From Takakia lepidozioides (lineage: Eukaryota > Plantae > Bryophyta): 64,000 bases of DNA. Positions 36,461 through 47,443 of the stretch are shown one piece after another. The stretch is from contig CM060731.1 of the NCBI GenBank assembly GCA_030704615.1, positions 17,980,001-18,044,000 of the forward strand. Direction: 5' to 3'. Under the pieces are notes generated by a model, which was not told where the DNA came from, searched no databases, and saw only the letters and a program-made list of their open reading frames with translations. A program made the position numbers and the translations under genes. Position 1 is the stretch's first letter; every line of letters begins with the position of its first letter.

Positions 36461-37441
36461 TAATATTAATGGGTCAGTGTAAGCCACTATATGGCTTCGA
36501 GCCGATGGATAACATTAAGTCCAATGTGAACGGATGTACAGTTGACGTTAAATTTTGTCTGATTGCAACGCCAAAATTGCAATCTCCAATCAAATATGAA
36601 TGTTTACCATCAATGTATCCGCAGACTCATTCATTCATGTCATCATCTTCATCACATGCCATGGTTGTTCTATGTTTGGTTTTGTATGTCATCGGATATG
36701 GTAACTATTTTGTGCAAAAATAGTATGGATTTCTGACCTCAAATCATGGTTTAATTCATTGCATCCTCCCATTTTTTTGGTGAACGTCAACTTGGCAATG
36801 GATGTTGTTCTAAAACCACAATACATACTTATATTTTCTCCAAAAAATGTTTGGAGGATTATTGTTCATGGTTATATTGTACATAAAATAGCCAAATAAT
36901 CTTGGACTTGCTTAGAGCTGGAGAAATCCAAAATCCGGCGAATGGTACTTGCCAAGTATTTGGCTCTTCGTTCTTGACTCAAATGATTTATAGATCCCTG
37001 CAACCATCGATAGTGTCCAACACCTTGAACTTGGGACCACGCAATGATTTGAGCATTCTGATTTTTGAAACTGCCTTCAAACTTGATTTCGTTGTCATCT
37101 GGGTCCGAAGCCTCAACCTCCAACAGATTTATCAGACTTTGAATAGGCTCCACTTGCCGTCGTATGGGGTCCAAACGAGGAAGTACGCGTCGCATTGATG
37201 ACCCATCATCGTCTCGAGAGCCGTGAGAGTTGGAACGGCTGATCTAGTAGTTGGATAAATAACAACTCTAATGTATGTGGTTCTTGTGACTCCATGCTGC
37301 CAATACAAGATGCAAGAGTGTTGGAAGTGTAACTATATATATTGATATGTGATGCTCCTTCCTCCTTAGCGTGTATCAGGTACACTGAATGTGGAGTCTT
37401 CACCTTGAAGCTAACTTGGCTGACATCATCGTTGTGACGTC

Positions 37442-40400
37442 TTATTGACGTGTAGCTCGGGACTTAGCTGGATATCGTTGATGAAACTCTTGGACTTTGT
37501 CAGATGCATTGGCAAGAGTGGATGAAGGTTCCCACGTTCGTTCGCTGATGTCGTAGCCTTTCCAATGTACGAAATACTCAAGACGTTTATACTTGATGCA
37601 AGAGTCTAGGACTTCGTCGACTTCATACTCAATTTCCTGATTGACTTCGATTGGTGGAGGTGGTTCGGAGACTCTCCCTAGAATATTCGATGGATGATAC
37701 AACTCCAATAATGAAACATGAAAGACTGGAGGGATGCGCATACTTCGTGGGAGTTCAAGCCAAAAACTGACCGGATTTATTTGTCGAATAATTTTGAATG
37801 GTCCCAAGCGTTGATAATCCAACTTCCTTGATGGTCGCGAGGTTTGTATGTTCCGTCGAAGAAGCCACACACGATCTCCGACCTTGAACTGGGGTTGGAG
37901 TTGGCGACGTTGATCTGCATACTCCTTGTATTGTTTTTGAGCTTCTGCGAGGTGGAATGTAAGCTCATTGTGAATCGTAGCAAGATGAATAGCAAGGTTC
38001 AGCAGGGCTTCCAACAGTCTTTATGTGGAAATGGTTGTTCGAGGATGATGACCATAATTGGAGAAAAATGACAGAAGGTCTGTCCAATTATCTTGGTTAT
38101 AATTTATTGTACAGCGAAGATACTGCTCCAAAATCTGGTTTACACGTTCGATTTGACCGTCAGTCTGGAGATGATTAGCTGTAGAGAGGTTGATCTTAGT
38201 ATCCAATATATGAAATAATCCCCTCCAGAAATTTGATATGAACTGTGGTCATCTATCAGATACGATGGCCTTCGGAAGTCCATGAATGCGGTAGATATTA
38301 TTGAGGAAGAGTCTTGCAGTTTCTTCGCCGGTAACCGTCTTATTACATGGAATGAAATGTGTCATCTTCGTAAAACGATCTACAATAACAAGGATTGAAT
38401 CGGTGGTCTTGGAAATTGGAAGGTCCGTAATAAAGTCCATAGACACGGACGACCATGGGCCCTTGGGAATGGGTAATGGTTGAAAAAGGCCGTAAGGTCG
38501 ATGATGTGGTCCCTTCGCTCTAGTACATGTGTCGCAAGATTTTATAAATTCTTTCACGAGTTTCCACATCCGCGGCCACCAATAGTCCCTGGATATCAAT
38601 TTCATTGTTTTGTTGAAGCCGAAATGTCCTGAAGCCGAAATGTCCTACAGCCGGAAGATCATGACATGTTTGAAGAATTCGAAGTTGTGTAAGTCCTGGA
38701 GGTACATAGAGAAGTCTATTGAAATAAAGTAAGTCATTTTTGAATTCGAAATCGTTTGTAACATGTAGGTTGTCTCGAGGTCGATTTAGTTGACTTCGTA
38801 ATGTCGTGGCAAATTGGTCGCTCTTCAGTGCTTCCTGAATCTCCTTTATGATCTCTACATCGTCATAGGTGGACATATATAACATATTCAATTGGAGATT
38901 TGTTGGTTTCAAAATGATGGATTTCTGCTGGTCAAAAACTGCATCCCCTTCTTTTAGTGCAAGATACGATTGTCGAGAAAGAGCATCTGATTTTCCTTGA
39001 AGATGTTCGGGACGGTAGGTAATAACAAAATCAAACCTTGCTAGTGACATACTTCATCTCGCTTAACGTCGATTCAAAACACGAGCACTAATAAAATACT
39101 CGAGGTTTTTGTGATCGGTATAGACAGTGACCTGATGTTTAGCTCCCTCCAATAGATGACGTCACTCCTCAAAGCATCGATAATCACTAGAAATTTTTTG
39201 TCATGGATTTCATAATTGATCTCCACAGCGGAAAATTTGCGAGAACGAAAACCAACAGGGTGAAGTTGGCCATCTGCACCGTGTTGAGAGAATACCATGC
39301 TAAGTGCAAAGTTCGATGCATCTGCTTCCAAAAAGAATGGTTTAGATGGGTCTGCATATACCAGTACTGGAGCCGTTGTAAATGTCTGCTTCAGCCTTTC
39401 AAATGCTTGGTCAGCCTTCTCGTCCCATACAAATTTGTCCTTCCATGTGAGACGTGTCAATGGTGCAGCAATTTTGGAGTAGTCCTTAAAGATTCTATAG
39501 AAATTTGCAAATCCTAGAAAACATTGTACATCTCGGACCGAAGTTGGTTTAATCCACTCGATGATGGTTTGTATTTTCTTCTGATCCATAAAGACTCATT
39601 TGTCGGAAATAATGTAGCCCAAAAATTCAACTTCAGATTGGTGGAAAGGACATTTTTCCAACTTGGCATATAGTCATTTTTTCTCTCAATTTATCAAGGA
39701 CAAGGCGTACATGGCGACCATGTTCTTCTTCATTCTATGAAAATATCAAAATGTCGTCCAAATAGATAACTGCAAAGTCATCTAAAATTCTCGAAAGATG
39801 TCATTCATCATGTTTTGAAAAATTGCTGGAGCATTTGTAAGACCGAAAGGCATAACATTGTATTCGAAATGTCCGTACCTTGTGCGAAAAACAGTCTTCT
39901 ATTCGTCTCCTTCTCTTATTCGTACAAGGTTGTAAGCTCCTCTCAAGTCGATCTTTCTGAAAAAAAATTCTCGTCTAAGTTTTTCGAGGAGTCCGGAAAT
40001 CAACGGTAGTGGGTAACGATTTTTTATAGTGACTTTGTTGAGCCCACGATAGTCCACACACATGCGTAACGATCCGTCCTTCTTCTTCACAAATAAGATA
40101 GGTGGTCCCGCGGGTGATTTTGAATGTTGAATGAAATTCTTTGACAAATTTTCATCAATGTATTCGCGTAAAGCAGCCAGCTCCGTTTGAGATAAATTGT
40201 AGATCGAGCCGAATGGTGGTTGAGCTCATTCTTGCAACTCAATTGCACAATCATAAGGTCGATGTTCTGACAACATGTCTGCATTTTTCTTCTCGAAGAC
40301 ATCCTTGAAATCTTGATATTGAGTGGGTAATGTCGAAATACCTTGGTCTGTTGTGGTTTTGATGGGAGTCACATAAAGTGCAAATGTCGCGTCTTTCTTC

Positions 40401-41933
40401 GTAGCTCTCATGCAGGCTCTAGCTCTAAGGGTTGAATATCTTTTGGTACTTTTGTATTTTTGTCTTGCCGAAAGTTTTCGTGATCGTCAGTCGATGTCAG
40501 GATTATGAAGTACAAACCAGGGAAGTCCAAGGATCACATGATTCGTTGGAGACTGGATGACATTGAAAACAATCTGTGATGCTTGATCTTTAAGCTTCAC
40601 TTCAAGGTATAGAGTTTCATGGTCAATATTTCCTGATGCTAACGGTCGTCCATCGATGACTTCAACAGGGGCTGAGAATTTCTTTCTTACGAGCGTTAAC
40701 TTGTGTTGTTTCGCAAAGTCTTTGTCAATAAAACACGCTGAAGCGCCCAAATTCAAAAGTGCTTCTACGGAGATATCTCGATTTTGCATCCTGATTTTTA
40801 CTGGAACTGTGAAACAAGGTACGGGGTCTGGAGGTAGAAAGAAACTTTTTTTTTGTGAGAAATTTAGGGTATCCAGCCGCATGGTCCCTACTGTGACTGG
40901 ACATCTTCGTTTTCCGACCTCCTCGTATCGAACACTTGAGTTGTGCCCCGAGCTTTGAATCTTCTCTTGTTGGGGCAGTTTAATGCTATGTGATCATCTT
41001 CTCCGCAATAAAGGCATAATCCATTCGAGCACCTCTTTGTTTTTCTTGTGGCGTCAATGGCTTGAATCGGACAACATCAATCTACATAGGATCATTACCG
41101 GATGTCTGATGGATCGTTGTGTTTGGTGTCGTAATAGCAGCGGCATGGTACGTCGTCGACCATCCAGATCGCTTCTCTTGACGTCTTTCAAACAAACGAT
41201 TATCGCATGCAATGACTTGGGTGATGAATTCACTCAATGTACTCACGTTTGGCATTGTCAGCAATAAATCTTTTACATCCTCTTTTAGGCCACATCGAAA
41301 CTGACTAATGAGGCTCTTCTCATTCCAGTCGAGGTCGCACGCAAGTTGTCAAAATTCGGCAGCATAAACGGAAGCTGGACGTGCTCCTTGTCGAAGATTT
41401 CACATCTTTGTCTCTGCAACTCTCTCTCTATCATTCTCTCCAAACGTTGCAGTGAACTCGGACATGAACGTTTCAAAATTGTATAGTAAATGCGAATTTT
41501 TCTCTAATAGCGGTGCAAACCAAGATAGGGCAGTGCCTGATAGAAGGGTGCCCACGAATCCCACTTGAATACCTTCATCAGGGTAACGTTGTGGATGTAG
41601 TCGTAGGAACAATCGTACTTGTTGAACAAAACCGCGAAATCTTGATCTCGTCCCATCAAATTTCTCGGGCATGCTGACCTTTGGTTCCCTTATAATCTGT
41701 TGAAGATTTGGAGGAACCGTTAGAGTATGATTTGTTGTAGTAGGGACTCGTAAGGTTGAAGATCCATTGTTCGACTCCTTCAACTCTGAAATTTGTTGTT
41801 GCAAATTGTTGAAAGCGTTGCCAAGATCTTGAGACTGATCAGCTTATAGTTGGGCAGTAGAGGCACGAAGTTCTTGCATCTGGAGCTGAAAACTCTGCAA
41901 TGTGGCGACCATTTCCGCAAATGTGCCTTCCAT
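37442..41933 (-). mobile_element. Ty3/Gypsy chromovirus (Tcn1/Sushi-like) gag-pol, inactivated
   Basis: Gag EPKVSMPEKFDG.RSRFRGF, Zn knuckle CLYCGEDDH...C, protease ALLNLGAS (catalytic D read as N), [13 protein letters not shown] and YLDDILI, RNase H EADAS...NYEIHDK, integrase SMDFITDLP/DGQIERVNQ/GPF, chromodomain YEVDEVLD...YFVHWKGY..SERTWEP. Many frameshifts and stops. Confidence 0.93.
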
Positions 41934-41971
41934 CTTAACTAACTAAGGAACAAACTTTAGTCTCGCCAAAC

Positions 41972-42439
41972 TGTCAAGGACGAGAACATGACTGAACACA
42001 AACAAGAGATCAGACTAGAGGTACAAGACTAGACAAGAAGTCAAGGTCGGCGTGGTACAAAACTGGACTGGAGTACCAAATGCTGGAAACTGGGCTAAAG
42101 TACTGGGAACTGGAAACAAGAGTAGCTTGAACTGGTGTTAGCGAGACTGAAGAGTGTCCAGTCTCGCCTCCTATATATACTGGCTACTAGGAGGTTCCCT
42201 AAGAGGCTTCCCCAAATGAGGTTTCTTGATGGAGAAGTTTCCTCCAAATGAAGCTTCCTGAGTAGTTTCCCAAGTTACTCTCGGTAATTTGGTAAACTCA
42301 CTGTAACTTAGTAACTAATGATAACTTATGATAAATCATGGTAGATCATGATAGATCACGACAACTTTTGGTAACATGGTAACTTAGTAACTCCTGGTTT
42401 TTACTCCTGATAAGTTCCTTTGGGGCTATATCCCTGACA
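41972..42439 (-). repeat. 5' LTR of the Gypsy element (468 bp)
   Basis: TGTCA...TGACA termini. Minus-strand TATATATA at about 42172-42179. PBS-like TGGCGAGA immediately internal (41961-41968), then the gag ATG. Confidence 0.75.
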
Positions 42440-45400
42440 GGGTCCTTCATCCAAGTTTTTACAAGAGGCCAAAAGATGCATTAGAAATTTTATTTGGGGG
42501 GCCCACTCTATTGTGCAAAACAAAAGGCCACAGGTTGCCTGGATACAGATCTGCCTTCCTAAGAAAATGGGTGGCATTGGGGTTCTTGACCCTCAAACCC
42601 AGATAAGGGCTCTCATGGCTAAATGGATTCATAGATTCCTAAGGCCTGAAAGGGGTTGGTGGAAACTCATGGTAGAGCCATTGATAGCTTGTTCCCCCCC
42701 CTAACAGAGCACCACATGGGCTCCCTCAGTCCACTGGATTGTCCAAGGATTCAATCACCAATCGATAAGATCCAATTTGTCGGTCTCAATCTGGGAATCC
42801 TGGAACCTCCTCAGACCGTTTCTCATAAAACAAACCCCAGTAACCTTCCATGAGACACTCAAACAGCCCCTCTTTTTAAACTCCCCAGCCCCATCCGTAT
42901 TAGAGAGAGGTCAGGCCAAGAGATGGGCAAACTGACAAACCAGGGGTTATGCATCTGGGGGAAACAACCACCCCGGCCATGGAACTAGCTTTGGGGCAAC
43001 GCTGACTCAGAGCAGGAATTTCCCAGGTCATTGTCTCCATCCCTGACTCCTAGAAAATCATTCTCCGTGAGGGACCAGGTCACCTGAAAGCTCCCCAGTG
43101 GAGATTGTTAAAGCGTGAGCAGAAAATTCCGTGAGCAGATTTATGCTCATGCTTCAAGATCTGCTCACCTATAACCGCTGACACCTATTCGGCTTAGAGG
43201 ACCTATTACTACGGGTAGTATCCAGTATAACATGCATACCAATTCATCTTTATGGATGAATGACGGATGAATGATGGATGAATGGTCGGTGAATGTCTGT
43301 TGGACGAATGGCATCTGATGGATGAATGGAAAATTAAAAAGCATTTTTCAGTAGTGGTTGCTGAATCCCCCAAGCTCCAGAGTGAACCTGTGCCAACGGA
43401 GGAGGGTTGTGGTTGTCCTTTTATCAGGTATCCTAAGTCGAGAGAGATGCTCACACCCAATTGCAAAGAAGGTGGAGAGGCCATTTGGTGCTTTAATAAA
43501 AATCGTTTGAAAACAGTCGATTCATTCCGACGAAGAATATCCTCTGCTACTGGAGTCAGTATCAAAAACGAAGGCACAACTGTCTATAAAGACACTAGCC
43601 CTGCTCTGTAGAAAATCATCTCTACCGTAAAGCACAGGAGAGGGAGATGAGATGAGACTAAATCGCCCGCTGCAGCCTCCGCATAACACGACAACTCAAA
43701 ATATGTTTGCAAGTTTTCCCAAAATAAAAAATCAAAACAAAAAAAGTCCGATTTTTATTTATTTTTTTATTTTTTTCCCGAATGTGCTAGATTAAGGTGT
43801 CGTCAACGACATTTTAATCTTACTGGTCTTCTGGTGTGCTATTTGGGGTGAATGACATCTACAAATTGCTCGGACTACATAACTTATGATTCGTTGTCAT
43901 GTCCTTCTTCCTAGTGACCAGAAATCCATGCTGGGTAAACGCCAGGTCTCTTGCTTGCAAAGTAGGGGATGGGTTCATTTGCAAGTTTTCCCTTTTTTAT
44001 TTTTATTTTTTTATTTTTTTATTTTTCCGAAGGTGCCAGATTAACCCCTATGGTTTTTTCCAGGGGACATATTTGTTCTGGGGAGATATTCATGGGTTCA
44101 TTTGTCATGTGCTGATGATAGGGGCTGCGATTTAAGCTGTCGTTGACGACAGCTTAATGCCTGCTTCCCTGCACATGCTGATCCCTGATGATAGATGTTG
44201 TTGCAGTCATCCATGGTTCAATCATTTGGGCAGTTTTTCATCCGCCACTCATCCAACATTCATCCATTTCCTTTTACGTCCATCCCAAATACATTCATCC
44301 GTAAATTTTTCATCGTACATTTGTGCCACATTGTCGTCATGGAGCCTTTCTGTCTCCGGTCCGATAGAGAGGAGATTGCGTCGTTGCAGTGGAGTTTGCG
44401 TCCACAACAATAGGCCCACTTGTTCCCTAGGTTCTAGGTCCGCATCAGTAATTTGCTCACGCTTTCAATCTGCTCGCGCTTCGGGGAATTTGCTCACGCC
44501 TTTGCTGCCCTCCTCACCAGTGGGTTCTCACCAGGTCTTCACCCATAAGAGTTCTCCACATTACTAGTATTATAAGCTCTATCTTATCAAGTTCGAATTT
44601 AAGGTGCAGATCTTATCTGGTTTTCTCACTTTGGCCTCAGACAGTGTTGTACTTAACCTTCACTCGTCTCTCGTTACTCCTGCAATGATCTACCACTGGT
44701 CATCTCCTTCAAAGATTTCAACCCATCTGTGTCAGTAGCCCTTGCAAGTTGCGGTCCTACCCTGGCTGAAAGCCAATTGCTTTTCCTTGATTGGTCATTG
44801 TGACATTCAATCCCTACAGCTTGACCGACTGAATGAGTTGGGCATTTTGGTGGAAATGGGCCTCATCCCTTCTTCACCTTCTCGGTCAAAAAGACATACA
44901 GGGCCCTTCTCGACGCCAGACCACTCTACAGTAAGTGGAATGAAAGATGGGGGCATGAGTCTTTTGAGAATGAGGACTGGAAGTGCATCTGGTCAACAGT
45001 ATGGGAAAAAGCTAAACCATCAAAGGTAAGTGCATTCCTTTGGCTGGTGGCCAACAGGGTTCTTAAGGTGGGTCAGTTCTTGAATTCACATGCCTTCGGG
45101 GCCAATACCCTTTCTCCTAAACTATAACCAAGGGGAAAAAAAGAATGCCTCTACTTGCCCGGTTTTTGAGACCCTGAGAAGTGCTACTCTATAGAACCTG
45201 TGGAAAAGCCGTAGTGCTTGGGCCCTTGACAGTGAGAATATATCTGCTACTGCAATTCTCACCATGGTTTTCTTTGACCTCACAGTGGCCTCTAAAAAAG
45301 CATGGGCCATTTTGTGTGCAGATGTCGCCAGGAGACCAGAGCGATAGCCGGGGCTCATCTCTGCCTTTCAGAGCAACATGGGGGGAGCAGGGGATCATAT

Positions 45401-45550
45401 GTAGATGCTCTGATGCTCTCACTTGTACTTGGACAAATCAAATACCACCCCACTAGCAGGGTCACAGAGCCCACCTCTTCAGCATCTCCCGAGTTTGAGA
45501 AATCAGATGTTAACTAGAAGCACATTTGGATTGCTAGCAGGGCGGACAGG
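42440..45550 (+). mobile_element. L1-type LINE, 3' part of ORF2 (post-RT region and zf-RVT), degenerate
   Basis: RNFIWG...VAWIQICLPKKMGGIGVLD...ALMAKWI, and IWSTVW...SKVSAFLWLVANRVL at about 44985-45065. Same strand as the 5' LINE part; the RT core is missing. Confidence 0.75.
43101..44512. mobile_element. Non-autonomous Mutator-like (MULE) foldback element
   Basis: 10-bp TSD CTCCCCAGTG (43091-43100) / CTCACCAGTG (44513-44522). GAG...CTC termini. Inverted subterminal motifs GCGTGAGCA/TGCTCACGC and GGATGA/TCATCC clusters. Confidence 0.75.
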
Positions 45551-45659
45551 AGAAAGAGGGACTAAAAGTCTAAATGGGCTTTAACCCTAGCCATGCGATC
45601 CTTGCGATGGCACTAGTTCACCTCCTGATCATCAGCTTCAAAGCTTCAGGCAAAGGGCT

Positions 45660-45770
45660 CCCATTCTTTTTGGCTATCGTCGTGCCAGGTGATTCGATCA
45701 TCCGAGATGCGGGAGCAAAAAATGCCACTCTTGGCCCAGGAGAGGTCGAATGCTTGATAAAGCTTGGCCT
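45660..45770 (-). mobile_element. Short 3' fragment of an antisense LINE ORF2
   Basis: Minus-strand frame QAFDLSWAKSGIFCSRISDDRITW resembles the extreme C-terminus of plant L1 ORF2. Confidence 0.35.
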
Positions 45771-46433
45771 CAACAGTTCTTTATCCTTTCTAAGTTATTT
45801 ACCATGATATTCATAAAATACAATAATTTCCTTTTTTTTTTCTTCCTAGATGTCAACTTCCTCATATAGCACCCACCAAAGCCCCCCGCAACAAACACTC
45901 CCTCCTTAGGAGAGTTTCCATGGCCTCCAGTTTTATTTTTTCTTAAGGAAAACAAGAAAAAAATAAAGGTGCTTATTCCTATTGGTCGTACTAAGTTGCA
46001 GTAACTCACTCTTCACCACCCCCCAACCCCCACCAGTGTTTATTTTCTTGGCGAAAAATGGCCAAATGGCGACCTCAAAAAATTTAAAATGGAATATTCT
46101 GTCGTAAATTCCCAATTTTTTCATGGATGAAATCGCCAAACTTCTACAAAGATAAAATAATAATGGATGAATTCACCAAATATGGATGATATAAATGGAT
46201 AAAAGTACAGAAGAGGATGATTCTATCCAAATTTCAATGGATGAACAGAATATACAGCTATTTCCTGAATAGCCACTCATGCAATTTTTCAAATTTAAGA
46301 AAAAAATCACTGGCCCCCACGGAAAAACAAAAAGGAGAAAACAAAAGATCTCAAGGAAGATCAGGAGTACTAACTTACTACCTCCGCAGTCAACCTTTGT
46401 GTAATTTGAATAGAGCAAGGAGGAGAGGGAAGC

Positions 46434-46442
46434 GACACGTGG
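46434..46442 (+). promoter_or_regulatory. G-box/ABRE (GACACGTGG) upstream of SIG5
   Basis: CACGTG at 46436-46441, plus ACGTGG at about 46679 and GATAAG at 46871. A probable 5' UTR intron lies at 47018-47425. Confidence 0.3.
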
Positions 46443-47443
46443 AAGGAATCAATTGGTGAGCTTGTGAAGGCCATCCATTGGTGGAAACCTTATCCAGACT
46501 CTTACCACAGAATGATTAATTTGTTTATTTATGTATTTTTTAATACTGTATTTAAGCCACGCTGCAGGCGGATGAACGATGAACGGATGTGTCCGTCAAA
46601 ACGCCAGAGGAGGTCCTCCAATAAGGAGCAGGATAGACGATGTTCGGGTGCTCAGCTTTCAAGCTCGGCTGCCAGGCAACGTGGACGGAAGCAAGCGAGA
46701 CACAACAATGCGGGAGCAAGGTGAGATAGGCTCATGGATTGCTGCACGGATAGATAGATAACTTAGATAGGTATTCAGCTTGCTATAACGACGCTGGAGG
46801 ACTGGATGTTTTGACCGCCACTGCCACCTCAATCTCAACACACTGTCGTGCATTTACGTATCCCTGTGGTGATAAGCTCGGTTCGTACAGGTTGTCAGGT
46901 TCCTGGTGGCCACCGCCTATTGCATCCTGCATCTTGTGGATCTGCGAGATTCGCATCAAAGAGTTTAGTGTAGCTCCGCTCGCTGGGAGGTTGGGAAAGA
47001 AAAAGAAAGAGAGACAGGTGAGTGCGTGTGGTGTGAAGCTTGGTTAACCTGCTCCAGCACCGGCATGGATGCAACCTCTTGAGAATCTGACCTTTGCCGG
47101 ATGGTTTGGCATCGGTATTGAAGCAGCTGGGAGTTGTGTAGGTGAGATGTTTTACCAAGTGTGGCTGAAAGCATACGATTACTCGGAAAATGTTGTAGCA
47201 GCTGGGAGTGCAAGTTATAGAGATCTGTTCGCCAATCCGCCTCGACGATTCTGATTCATACGGGAATTGAAATTTCAGATTTTCCTCTGAGGTTGAGTTC
47301 AGAAAGTGAGAATTCTCTAGTGAACTTACACGTACAGCGGATAGACACAGTCACACAATGTATGTGCGAGTTCCTAATCGCTCAAAGGCCAAGTAATCTT
47401 GTGTCTGGTGAGGTATTTCATTTAGCGCCTTGGAGTTCCTGGC

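Noticed and set aside
45770-46400. MITE in the AT-rich stretch upstream of SIG5
   Set aside because: TGGCGA/TCGCCA motifs are suggestive, but no termini or TSD could be defined.
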